IMG/VR virus record: IMGVR_UViG_3300044723_011150
Origin: an uncultured virus (IMG/VR IMGVR_UViG_3300044723_011150)
Lineage: Duplodnaviria > Heunggongvirae > Uroviricota > Caudoviricetes
Direction: 5' to 3' (one strand)
Length of the DNA stretch: 64,000 bases
The position numbers and the translations under genes are program-made. The stretch's first letter is position 1, and every line of letters starts with the position of its first letter. Under the pieces are notes generated by a model. That model was not told the DNA's origin. It did not search any database and was given only the letters and a program-made list of their open reading frames with translations. Below, piece after piece: positions 17,887 to 26,623 of this stretch.

Positions 17887-20294
17887 TGGCAAATTATTCT
17901 GATATAAGATATGAATTTACTGGAGTAGCAGAGTATGCAACCGCAGATAACTTGCCTACAAGTGGTAATACTACAGGAGATCAAGCACTTGTAACTGGAA
18001 CCAATCGACTTTATATTTGGAATGGAAGTGGCTGGTACAATATTGCTTTGATCAATACCACGCCAAGCATTAGTGGAGTATCCTCTAGCTATGAGCTGGC
18101 AGCTGACGGCACTGCTACAACTGTGACGATTACTGCGACCGATCCCGAAGGCATCCCGATTGTTTACAGCATCGCGTCGGATACTTCTGGCAACGTGGCG
18201 ACCGTTACGCAGGGCACGGGGGCTAGTGCTAATGTATTTACTATTACACCCTCAACAAATGGTGCAAATGCTGGAACATTTAGTTTAACGTTCAGAGCGA
18301 GCGACGGGGTAAACATTGCGACCGCGGTGAGCAGTTTCACGCTTGCTTTCACAGTCCAAAACAGCAACTACACGACAGCGCTAATTACTTCTGTAGGTGC
18401 GAATAACGCTGTTAATAATGATTTTGTAGATTCGAGTACCAATAGCCATACTATTACAGCAACCGGCAATGTAACTCAAAATACATTTAGTCCATATCGA
18501 CATGGTGGGTATTCAACTTATTTTGATGGATCTGGTGATTATTTAAACCTGACTAATCTTCTAGCTGGTCATTCAACAGCCTTTACTATAGAAGCATGGG
18601 TTTATCACACTGCTTTTAGCCAATATTCAAATCCTATTTTTACTAGCGGAAATAACGGCAGTGTCGGCGCAGATTTTTTCGAGTTTGGTGCAAATAGTTC
18701 TGGAACATATCAAGTGTTTTGGGGTGGTGGCACGCCATCGGCATCTACTTCTGTTAATGTACCAGTAAATACATGGACACATATCGCTTTAGTTAGAGCA
18801 GCAGATAATTCTTCATGTACTATATATGTAAATGGAATTTCAAGAGCAACCTTTAGTAAAAGTGGAGGAATCCCAACTCCTGGATCATCAAACAGATCAT
18901 TTATAGGCACACAATCATATTCTGAAGGAACTAACACACGATCTTTCTATGGATATATGTCTAATGTTCGTATAACAACATCTGCAGTTTATACCTCTGC
19001 TTTTACACCCCCAATAGAACGCCTCACCGCAGTTGCAAACACAAGCCTGCTAACCTGTCATTTGCCTTACATAGCTGACGGCTCGACGAATGGCTACGCT
19101 ATTACTGTTAACGGCAACATCAAGACGGAACAATTTGCGCCATATGACTATGAAACATATTCGGCGAGTACCAATGGCGGTTCAATATATTTTGATGGGT
19201 CGGGAGACTATTTACAAGCGCCTGCAGCCTCTGTAGCAAGAGGAACCGGAAATTGGACTATCGAGTGTTGGGCATATTTTTATAGCTTAGCTACTACAAA
19301 TATTATATGGGATGCTAGAACGGGGGCTACTCCGACAGATGATTTTTTATCAGTACAGAGCGATGGATCACTTCGCTATAGAAGTAATGGGATAACTGTG
19401 TCTTCCGCAGGAGTTGTTAGAACTAAGGTATGGCATCATATAGCCCAAGTTTTAAATAGTGGCACACTTAAAACTTATATAGACGGAACAGAAGTAACAA
19501 GTTCAAGTCAAACATCGAACTTGAGTCTTGGTGCTTCTTTGACTATTGGAGGAAGTCTAAATGATAATGCTAATTGGTGTAATGCTAATTTTGCAGATTT
19601 TAGAGTAGTCCTTGGCACAGCAGTTTATACATCTGCTTTTACCCCACCCACAGCACCACTAACAGCAATCAGTGGCACTAGTCTACTACTTAAAGGAACC
19701 AACGCTGGCATTATTGATAAGTCACAGTCCGTACAGACGTTGACTCTAAACGGGAATGTAAGTTCTTCTACGACTCAGACAAAGTATTTGTCGTCGTCAA
19801 TGGCTTTTGATGGTACAAACGATTATATTACTGTACCGGCAGGTAACAATCTAACTAATCTTGGTACGGGTGATTTTACTGTTGAATCTTGGTTTTATCC
19901 AAATAGCACCAGTTGGATGATTCCATGGGACTTCAGGTCAGGTAGCGATACTGACCACATAGCACTTTTTTGGTCATATACTACTGGTAAGTATACTTTC
20001 TACGAAAGTACTGGTTTCAGAATAACGAGCACGAGCACTTTTTCTGCAAATCAGTGGCATCACGTAGCTGTTACAAGAGCTTCCGGCACCTGTACCCTTT
20101 GGGTAAACGGTACATCGCAGGGTACCGCAACAGTGAATACTAACCAAAATGGTGACAATTTACTGTGGTTAGGTAGATACTATTTGAGTAACGCCTATGA
20201 CTACAATGGCTACATATCAGACTTTCGCATCACCAAAGGCCTCGCTCGATACACAGCAAACTTCACAGCGCCCACTGCGGCTTTAAGCGGATAA
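17886..20294 (+). CDS. Virion fibre protein with Ig/cadherin-like and three LamG-like domains
   Basis: Third paralogue of the cassette; TAATG-coupled to the upstream adaptor. Confidence 0.85.
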   Translation: MANYSDIRYEFTGVAEYATADNLPTSGNTTGDQALVTGTNRLYIWNGSGWYNIALINTTPSISGVSSSYELAADGTATTVTITATDPEGIPIVYSIASDTSGNVATVTQGTGASANVFTITPSTNGANAGTFSLTFRASDGVNIATAVSSFTLAFTVQNSNYTTALITSVGANNAVNNDFVDSSTNSHTITATGNVTQNTFSPYRHGGYSTYFDGSGDYLNLTNLLAGHSTAFTIEAWVYHTAFSQYSNPIFTSGNNGSVGADFFEFGANSSGTYQVFWGGGTPSASTSVNVPVNTWTHIALVRAADNSSCTIYVNGISRATFSKSGGIPTPGSSNRSFIGTQSYSEGTNTRSFYGYMSNVRITTSAVYTSAFTPPIERLTAVANTSLLTCHLPYIADGSTNGYAITVNGNIKTEQFAPYDYETYSASTNGGSIYFDGSGDYLQAPAASVARGTGNWTIECWAYFYSLATTNIIWDARTGATPTDDFLSVQSDGSLRYRSNGITVSSAGVVRTKVWHHIAQVLNSGTLKTYIDGTEVTSSSQTSNLSLGASLTIGGSLNDNANWCNANFADFRVVLGTAVYTSAFTPPTAPLTAISGTSLLLKGTNAGIIDKSQSVQTLTLNGNVSSSTTQTKYLSSSMAFDGTNDYITVPAGNNLTNLGTGDFTVESWFYPNSTSWMIPWDFRSGSDTDHIALFWSYTTGKYTFYESTGFRITSTSTFSANQWHHVAVTRASGTCTLWVNGTSQGTATVNTNQNGDNLLWLGRYYLSNAYDYNGYISDFRITKGLARYTANFTAPTAALSG

Positions 20295-20298
20295 TATA

Positions 20299-20850
20299 AT
20301 GGCAGCTTACGATTTTCCAGATTCTCCAACTAACGGTCAAACAGTAACCGTTAATGGTATAACTTACACTTATAACAGTAGCAAGACGCGCTGGGACGGA
20401 GGAGCTCAATCTGGAATAGCCTTAACAGATCTTTCAGTAACTACAAACTCTGTCGGAACTGCAGCACTTACTTATTCAAATAGTACAGGTGTCTTTAGCT
20501 ACACTCCTCCAGATTTATCAAGTTATGCAACAACTTCTTCGGTATCTAGCACCTATGCACCTCTCGCAGCCACAGTATATGCACTTACAGGCACAGACAT
20601 TGATCCAGGAAACGGAGGAATACAAACAAAAACTGTAGCTGCAAATACAACGTTTACTGAATCACTAACTTCCGGTGAAAGTGTTGTATTAATGCTTGAA
20701 GGTGGAGCTTCATATACAATTACTTGGCCAACTTTAACTTGGGTTACAAGTGGAGGAAATACTGCTCCAACTCTTACCGCAAAAGATACTCTTGTATTCT
20801 GGAAGGTAAGTACAACACTCTATGGAGCTTACGTAGGAAGTTATGCATAA
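20299..20850 (+). CDS. Fibre adaptor/connector protein
   Basis: MAAYDFPDSPTNGQT N-module, LSVTTNSVGTAALTY repeat, YTITWP...APTLT C-module. Confidence 0.75.
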   Translation: MAAYDFPDSPTNGQTVTVNGITYTYNSSKTRWDGGAQSGIALTDLSVTTNSVGTAALTYSNSTGVFSYTPPDLSSYATTSSVSSTYAPLAATVYALTGTDIDPGNGGIQTKTVAANTTFTESLTSGESVVLMLEGGASYTITWPTLTWVTSGGNTAPTLTAKDTLVFWKVSTTLYGAYVGSYA

Positions 20851-22460
20851 TGAATAATTTAGCGATAAGTTTAAGCGCTGCTGCTGGAAATGGGATTGCT
20901 TCAGCATCAAATGCGTGGGACCTTGACTATGCTGCAATAGACCAAAACTCAGCAAACTATTTTGATGTCAGCGACATTACTCATATAAAGTTCGGCGGAG
21001 TTAGTATCGGTGCTAATGCTCAAGGATTATATGTTAAGTCAGATGGCACCAAAATGTATATAACAGGCTCAAGTAGTGATACTGTAAAAGAGTATACAAT
21101 GAGTACAGCTTGGGATCCAACCACCAGAAGTCTGGACTATGCATTCGCTATTGGTACTCAAGAGGCAACAGCGACTAGTTTGGACTTTAAGCCTGATGGT
21201 ACAAAATTTTATCTTTGTGGCACCACCGGTGACACTGTATATGAATATAACTTAAGTACAGCATGGGATGTCAGCACGGCTAGCTACTCGCAAAATTTTT
21301 CAATTTCTGCACAAGAAACTGCACCAAGAGGTCTACGATTTAAGCCAGACGGCACCAAAATGTATATAACAGGCTCCACTGGCGACAAAGTTAATGAATA
21401 TAATTTAAGCACCGCATGGGACGTAACCACTGCTAGCTACTCGCAAAATTTTTCTGTCGCATCTTATGAAGGTTTTACACAAGATTTATTTTTTTCATCT
21501 GATGGCGAAACAATGTGGATCATTGGCTCCACTGGCGACGACATTAATGAGTTTACTTTATCGACAGGATGGGATATTAGCACTGCAAGTTATTCACAAA
21601 CATCATCGAATATTTCCGCTTATGAGAGTCTTCCTTCAGCTATGTGGATTAAACCAGATGGAGCAAAGCTATTTGTAATGGGGTATTCTGGAGATCAAAT
21701 TGATTTATTTTTATTTGGAGCTAAAACTTTTAGCATTCTTTCACAAGAAGGTAGTGTTAACTCTATATTTTTTAAAACAGACGGCTCCAAAATGTATGTT
21801 ACGGGTGGCTCTGGAGACGACATTAATGAATATAATTTAAGCACCGCATGGGATGTTACTACAGCATCCTATTCGCAAAACGTTTCTATATCTAGCGCTG
21901 AAACAAGCCCTCAAGGACTTTATATCGATTCAAGCGGGACTCGTGTATATGTGACGGGGGCTGACAGCGATAATGTGAATCAGTATAGCCTATCAACTGC
22001 ATGGGACATCAGCACCTTAAGTTATATTCAAAATTTTTCTGTATCAACGTACCAACTTATTCCGACAGGCGTGGAATTTAAGCCAGATGGTACTAAAATG
22101 TATGTTGTTGGTGATTCAAGTGATCAAGTTACCGAATATAATTTAAGCACTGCTTGGGATATTAGCACAGCTAGCTTTGTACAGAATTACAATGTTAATT
22201 CTAATTCGCCTGCACCGACCGAAGTGCGCTTTAAACCTGATGGAACAAAAATGTTTGTGTCCAACGCAGGAGGATCAAATGATGCAGTCTCGGAGTACAG
22301 CTTGTCTACCGCATGGGATATTAGCACCTCTACGTATGCAAAACAGATATTGATTGAGCCAGAAACAACTACAACCGCGTTGTTTTTTAAGGATGATGGT
22401 ACAACGTTTTACGTAGCTGGCCGTGTTTTAGACACAGTCTGGCAATATTCAATTAACTAA
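20850..22460 (+). CDS. Beta-propeller repeat virion protein
   Basis: About 10-11 repeats of FKPDGTKMY(V/I)xG...D.V.EY.LSTAWD(I/V)STASY; probable start ATG at 20850 (TAATG overlap). Confidence 0.8.
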   Translation: MNNLAISLSAAAGNGIASASNAWDLDYAAIDQNSANYFDVSDITHIKFGGVSIGANAQGLYVKSDGTKMYITGSSSDTVKEYTMSTAWDPTTRSLDYAFAIGTQEATATSLDFKPDGTKFYLCGTTGDTVYEYNLSTAWDVSTASYSQNFSISAQETAPRGLRFKPDGTKMYITGSTGDKVNEYNLSTAWDVTTASYSQNFSVASYEGFTQDLFFSSDGETMWIIGSTGDDINEFTLSTGWDISTASYSQTSSNISAYESLPSAMWIKPDGAKLFVMGYSGDQIDLFLFGAKTFSILSQEGSVNSIFFKTDGSKMYVTGGSGDDINEYNLSTAWDVTTASYSQNVSISSAETSPQGLYIDSSGTRVYVTGADSDNVNQYSLSTAWDISTLSYIQNFSVSTYQLIPTGVEFKPDGTKMYVVGDSSDQVTEYNLSTAWDISTASFVQNYNVNSNSPAPTEVRFKPDGTKMFVSNAGGSNDAVSEYSLSTAWDISTSTYAKQILIEPETTTTALFFKDDGTTFYVAGRVLDTVWQYSIN

Positions 22461-22470
22461 GGAGTAAATA

Positions 22471-22926
22471 ATGTATGTAAAAACAGCCAATAACGAAGTA
22501 GTGCAGTATCCGTACAGCATCGAGCAATTCCGTGCTGACAACACGGCTATTTCTTTTCCAGCAGAGATACCTAACGACACACTAGCGGCGAATGGCGTTT
22601 ATCCGGTTGGCTATGAGCCAGCGCCCTCGTATGACCCTGCTACGCAAAAGCTAGTTATATCCGCACAACCGTCTCTTGTAAGTGGTAGCTGGGTGCTAAC
22701 TAAAAGCATCGAGAACAAAACAGCCGAGCAGATAGCAAATGACATCGCCACTGAAGGCGAGAAAGTGCGGATCACTAGGAACAGAAGACTAGCTGATACA
22801 GATTGGTATGCATGTAGTGATGTAACTATGCCAACAGAAATGGCTACTTATAGACAAGCACTAAGAGATGTGCCGGCGCAGGAAGGTTTTCCGTATTCTG
22901 TAACTTGGCCTACTAAACCTTCATAA
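22471..22926 (+). CDS. Tail fibre assembly chaperone
   Basis: RNRRLADTDW...YRQALRDVPAQEGFPYSVTWPTKP. Confidence 0.85.
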   Translation: MYVKTANNEVVQYPYSIEQFRADNTAISFPAEIPNDTLAANGVYPVGYEPAPSYDPATQKLVISAQPSLVSGSWVLTKSIENKTAEQIANDIATEGEKVRITRNRRLADTDWYACSDVTMPTEMATYRQALRDVPAQEGFPYSVTWPTKPS

Positions 22927-22935
22927 GAGTAATAC

Positions 22936-23076
22936 ATGCCCTATAAAGTTAGAGGAAAAACAGTTTATGTAAAAAAGCGAGGAGCCTGGCGTAAAAAGGC
23001 TACCGCCAAATCCGCAGCTTCGGCTAAAAAAATGATAGCTTTACTGCGAAGCGTCAAACGACGAAAGAGAAAGTAA
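22936..23076 (+). CDS. 46-aa highly basic protein (MPYKVRGKTVYVKKRGAWRKKATAKSAASAKKMIALLRSVKRRKRK), not in the ORF track
   Basis: Manual translation; TAATG-coupled to the next ORF. Confidence 0.7.
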   Translation: MPYKVRGKTVYVKKRGAWRKKATAKSAASAKKMIALLRSVKRRKRK

Positions 23077-23261
23077 TGCCCGCTCGAAAGCGAAAATCGG
23101 TAAAGCGAAAAAAACCAGTTCCAACTAACAAAAGACTTTACGCAAATGTAAAGGCTGAAGCAAAGCGAAGATTTAAAGTGTATCCTTCTGCTTATGCAAA
23201 TGGGTGGCTTGTAAAAACTTACAAGGCACGAGGCGGTAAATACCGCATGGGGAGTAAATAA
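23076..23261 (+). CDS. 61-aa basic protein
   Basis: PTNKRLYANVK.EAKRRF.VYPSAYANGWLVK.YK.RGGKY; TAATG overlaps on both sides. Confidence 0.8.
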   Translation: MPARKRKSVKRKKPVPTNKRLYANVKAEAKRRFKVYPSAYANGWLVKTYKARGGKYRMGSK

Positions 23262-23413
23262 TGCCAGGACATTATGGTAAAAAGAAAAAGCCAATGAAAG
23301 GTAAAAAGCGCGGCGCTAAGAAAAAGAAGTCTATGGGCTTAACTGCAAAGCAGAAAAAGCTGCCTATGGCTCTTCAAAAAGCGATTCTCAAGAAAAAGCG
23401 AGGTAAAAAATAA
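23261..23413 (+). CDS. 50-aa Lys-rich protein (MPGHYGKKKKPMKGKKRG...ILKKKRGKK), not in the ORF track
   Basis: Manual translation; TAATG overlaps on both sides. Confidence 0.7.
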   Translation: MPGHYGKKKKPMKGKKRGAKKKKSMGLTAKQKKLPMALQKAILKKKRGKK

Positions 23414-23484
23414 TGCATGATGGCAAACCTTGTGGTTCTAAGAAAAAACCAAAAAAGCGCGGTAAAAAGCGAAGGGGAAAGTAA
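23413..23484 (+). CDS. 23-aa basic peptide (MHDGKPCGSKKKPKKRGKKRRGK)
   Basis: Manual translation; TAATG overlaps on both sides. Confidence 0.55.
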   Translation: MHDGKPCGSKKKPKKRGKKRRGK

Positions 23485-23570
23485 TGGATTTTTTATTGGG
23501 AATGATATTAGGTGCGGCACTACACTGGGGGTGGGATAAATTCGGACATCATCTAATCGATCGAGATTAA
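23484..23570 (+). CDS. 28-aa hydrophobic peptide (MDFLLGMILGAALHWGWDKFGHHLIDRD)
   Basis: Manual translation; TAATG overlaps on both sides. Confidence 0.55.
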   Translation: MDFLLGMILGAALHWGWDKFGHHLIDRD

Positions 23571-23761
23571 TGGAAGTATCTCCGGTTCACTACACTGTGC
23601 CAACAACTTATACTAATCGAGATATTGTATATAGAGTATTTGATGGCACAATACCAGGAACTAAAAAAGTTTTTGCATATGTCTACGATGTAACTGTCTA
23701 TGATAGAAACGGGCATTTGAAAACAAGCACAGCCGTGCATACGGTTGAATATACTGCATAA
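23570..23761 (+). CDS. Hypothetical protein
   Basis: 63-aa ORF coupled by a TAATG overlap. Confidence 0.65.
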   Translation: MEVSPVHYTVPTTYTNRDIVYRVFDGTIPGTKKVFAYVYDVTVYDRNGHLKTSTAVHTVEYTA

Positions 23762-23763
23762 TT

Positions 23764-24051
23764 ATGGCGAAACCGAAAGGAGGTCTTACAAAGTGGTTTA
23801 AAGAGAAATGGGTAGATATTTCTCGACCAAAAAAAGGCGGCGGGTATATGCCCTGTGGCCGCAAAAAAGCTTCGAGTAAGAAGTACCCAAAATGTGTACC
23901 AGCTTCAAAAGCAGCTCGTATGACTCCAGCCCAAAGAAAGTCAGCAATTTCGAGAAAGAGAAAAGCAGGTAACCCAGGCGGTAAGCCGACTATGGTGAAA
24001 ACTTTCACAAAGTCGAAGAGGAGAATGAAACGTGGCGGCAAGAAGAGGTAA
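23764..24051 (+). CDS. Basic hypothetical protein
   Basis: GLTKWFKEKWVD...CGR...YPKCVP pattern; very Lys/Arg-rich. Confidence 0.8.
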   Translation: MAKPKGGLTKWFKEKWVDISRPKKGGGYMPCGRKKASSKKYPKCVPASKAARMTPAQRKSAISRKRKAGNPGGKPTMVKTFTKSKRRMKRGGKKR

Positions 24052-24331
24052 AAAGAGAGACCCTCGTCTCAAAAGAGCAGGAGTATCTGGATTTAATAAG
24101 CCAAAGCGAACTCCGAGTCATCCGAAAAAGTCTCATATTGTAGTGGCAAAAGTTGGGACAAAAGTAAAGACTATTCGCTTTGGACAACAAGGTGTAAGTG
24201 GTTCCCCAAAGAAAAAAGGCGAAAGCGCATCATATGCAGCTCGACGCCGTTCTTTCAAGGCTCGTCATGCAAAGAATATTGCAAAGGGCAAGATGTCCGC
24301 AGCATATTGGGCAAATAAGGTAAAATGGTGA
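24032..24331 (+). CDS. Basic hypothetical protein
   Basis: NKPKRTPSHPKKSH...IRFGQQG...RRRSFKARH...SAAYWA.KVKW. Confidence 0.8.
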   Translation: MAARRGKKRDPRLKRAGVSGFNKPKRTPSHPKKSHIVVAKVGTKVKTIRFGQQGVSGSPKKKGESASYAARRRSFKARHAKNIAKGKMSAAYWANKVKW

Positions 24332-24663
24332 TGAGCGAAGAAGAAATTAAAAAGTCGTCAGTATATCATCCTGCCGATAGTAATGGAGATGGAAGTGTTG
24401 ACCCAGAAGAACATGCAATGTACATGGAGTTTAAAAGAAAAGAACTCGAAGATGCTGATGCAATGCGAGATGCTCAAAGAAATATGGCATGGTTCTCTCT
24501 TGCTGGTATGTTGTTCTATCCCGCCATGGTTGTTACTACTGATATTGTTGAACTCGACAACGCTGCAAAAATTTTAGGAGATATGGCACCTACATATTTT
24601 GTTGCAGTTGCAGGCCTAGTAGCGGCCTTTTTTGGCGCACAGGCATGGAGCAAGGGTAAGTAA
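24331..24663 (+). CDS. Two-TM membrane protein (holin-like) with N-terminal EF-hand-like loop
   Basis: DSNGDGSVDPEE loop; two hydrophobic helices; TGATG overlap gives start at 24331. Confidence 0.65.
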   Translation: MSEEEIKKSSVYHPADSNGDGSVDPEEHAMYMEFKRKELEDADAMRDAQRNMAWFSLAGMLFYPAMVVTTDIVELDNAAKILGDMAPTYFVAVAGLVAAFFGAQAWSKGK

Positions 24664-25229
24664 TGGAATTTTTGTTTGAGCTTGCTGTAACTTTTTGGCA
24701 GTGGACAATTGTAATTACTCTTATTCTTATTGGATTTATAGCAAGTATTTTTGACGGCCAAGGAGAAAACAGAGTAGGTTTTATGTATAATGAAATGCCC
24801 CATATGAAGCCTCTTCCAATTGAAACAAAAGACAAAAGGTTCTGGAAAGCAATCTGGATGTGGCTACTAGGGGTTCGTCAATGGGAAATTTGTGACGATT
24901 TTCATTTTACACTAGGAGTAGATGAATATGTTATTCCGAAAGGTTTTGAATTTGATGGAGCATCAGTACCTAAGTTTCTTGCAATGTGGCTCTCACCCAC
25001 TGGAGTACTTCTCATGGGTGGCCTTGTTCACGATTATGGGTATAAGTACGGAACTTTAAAAAAGAAAGATGGTACAACTATAGGAAAAAAGGATCAAAAA
25101 TGGATGGATAAACTTTTTCGAGATATTTGTATCGAAGTAAATGGATTTAAACTTTTAAACTATTTAGCTTACTGGGGATTGCGCCTGGGAGGTTTTGTAG
25201 CGTGGAACAAACATCGAAAAAACGATTAA
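24663..25229 (+). CDS. DUF1353-like protein with N-terminal TM segment
   Basis: IPKGFEFDGASVP...GLVHDYGY...DKLFRD...YWGLRLGG. Confidence 0.75.
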   Translation: MEFLFELAVTFWQWTIVITLILIGFIASIFDGQGENRVGFMYNEMPHMKPLPIETKDKRFWKAIWMWLLGVRQWEICDDFHFTLGVDEYVIPKGFEFDGASVPKFLAMWLSPTGVLLMGGLVHDYGYKYGTLKKKDGTTIGKKDQKWMDKLFRDICIEVNGFKLLNYLAYWGLRLGGFVAWNKHRKND

Positions 25230-25238
25230 GAAGGTAAT

Positions 25239-26543
25239 ATGGCGGTAGAAATTAGTAGAAGAGACTTGGTCTCTGAGCAAATTGTCGATTTTCAATCTGA
25301 GACGAGGTTTCTCAAACTTCCAGTAGATCCATACTTGGAACTACTCGGCGTAACACCTCTTCCGTCTCAAATGGCGATCATAAATGCGATAAATAACAAT
25401 AAGTATCGCTTTGTCACAGCAGCAATTTCAAGAAGGCAAGGCAAAACTTATATCGCAAATATAATTGGGCAGCTAGTATCATTAGTGCCCGGTTCACACA
25501 TTTTAATTATGTCACCGAACTACGCCTTGTCTCAGATTTCTTTCGATTTACAACGACAACTTATTAAGCATTTTGATTTAGAAGTTGCAAAAGATAATGC
25601 GAAAGATAAAGTAATTGAACTGACGAATGGGTCTACAATAAGAATGGGGTCTGTTAATCAGGTCGATTCCTGTGTGGGTAGAAGCTACGACCTAATTATA
25701 TTTGACGAAGCAGCCCTTGCTGATGGAAAAGAAGCTTTCAATGTCGCACTACGTCCTACTCTGGACAAAGATAACTCAAAAGCACTGTTTATTTCTACTC
25801 CTCGTGGAAAAAATAATTGGTTTGCAGAGTTTTTTAATAGAGGTTTTACTGATGAGTTTCCCGAATGGGCATCCATTAGAGCGACTTTTAGAGATAATCC
25901 ACGAATGTCTGAAACAGATATTTCGGAAGCTCGAAAAAGTATGTCCGAAGCTGAATTTAAGCAAGAATACGAAGCGGATTTTAATACCTACGAAGGACAA
26001 ATTTGGAACTTTAATCACGAAGAGTGTATCGAGAACCTGGAGGAGCTCGACACCTCGAAGATGGATATATTTTCAGGCCTTGATGTGGGGTATCGGGATC
26101 CCACCGCTTTTTGTGTACTTGGATACGATTGGGACTCGGAAAAATACTACTTATTAGATGAGTATTTAGATGCTGAAAAAACAACAGAACAACATGCTGC
26201 AGAAATTCGAAGACTTGTGGAAAAATGGAATATTGACTATATCTACATTGATTCAGCGGCTCAGCAAACTCGGTTTGATTTTGCTCAAAATTATGATATA
26301 TCCACCATTAATGCCAAAAAGTCTGTTTTGGACGGCATCGCTCATGTGGCTGGTATTGTTGACAATGATAATCTTATAGTAGATCAAAGATGCAAAGAAA
26401 GTTTATCTTGTTTAGATCAATATCAATGGGATCCGAATCCAAATTTAGCAAGAGAAAAACCAAAGCATAATATGGCTTCGCACATGGCAGATGCATTACG
26501 ATATGCAATGTATTCATTTGAAACTTCAACTACAGGATTTTAA
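25239..26543 (+). CDS. terL: Terminase large subunit, T5-like
   Basis: Walker A SRRQGKT, Walker B IIFDEAA, ISTPRG, nuclease GLDVGYRD and SHMADALRY. Confidence 0.95.
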   Translation: MAVEISRRDLVSEQIVDFQSETRFLKLPVDPYLELLGVTPLPSQMAIINAINNNKYRFVTAAISRRQGKTYIANIIGQLVSLVPGSHILIMSPNYALSQISFDLQRQLIKHFDLEVAKDNAKDKVIELTNGSTIRMGSVNQVDSCVGRSYDLIIFDEAALADGKEAFNVALRPTLDKDNSKALFISTPRGKNNWFAEFFNRGFTDEFPEWASIRATFRDNPRMSETDISEARKSMSEAEFKQEYEADFNTYEGQIWNFNHEECIENLEELDTSKMDIFSGLDVGYRDPTAFCVLGYDWDSEKYYLLDEYLDAEKTTEQHAAEIRRLVEKWNIDYIYIDSAAQQTRFDFAQNYDISTINAKKSVLDGIAHVAGIVDNDNLIVDQRCKESLSCLDQYQWDPNPNLAREKPKHNMASHMADALRYAMYSFETSTTGF

Positions 26544-26565
26544 CAGGACCAGAGAAAAATAGTAG

Positions 26566-26594
26566 TTGACAATTTAGTTCCCCCACGATATAAT
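26566..26594 (+). promoter_or_regulatory. Consensus sigma70 promoter TTGACA-17-TATAAT (head operon)
   Basis: TTGACAatttagttcccccacgaTATAAT. Confidence 0.85.
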
Positions 26595-26623
26595 TTCGTT
26601 AATAAAAAGTAGTAGATTCAAAG

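Noticed and set aside
9381..22460. Diversity-generating retroelement or invertase shufflon acting on the fibre repeats
   Set aside because: No reverse transcriptase or recombinase in the window, no adenine-specific TR/VR pair seen, and all repeats are direct, in frame and mostly synonymously diverged
20850..22460. Regularly spaced DNA repeats (for example aatttaagcaccgcatggga) resembling a CRISPR array
   Set aside because: They are degenerate codon-level repeats of beta-propeller blades in an open frame; no cas genes
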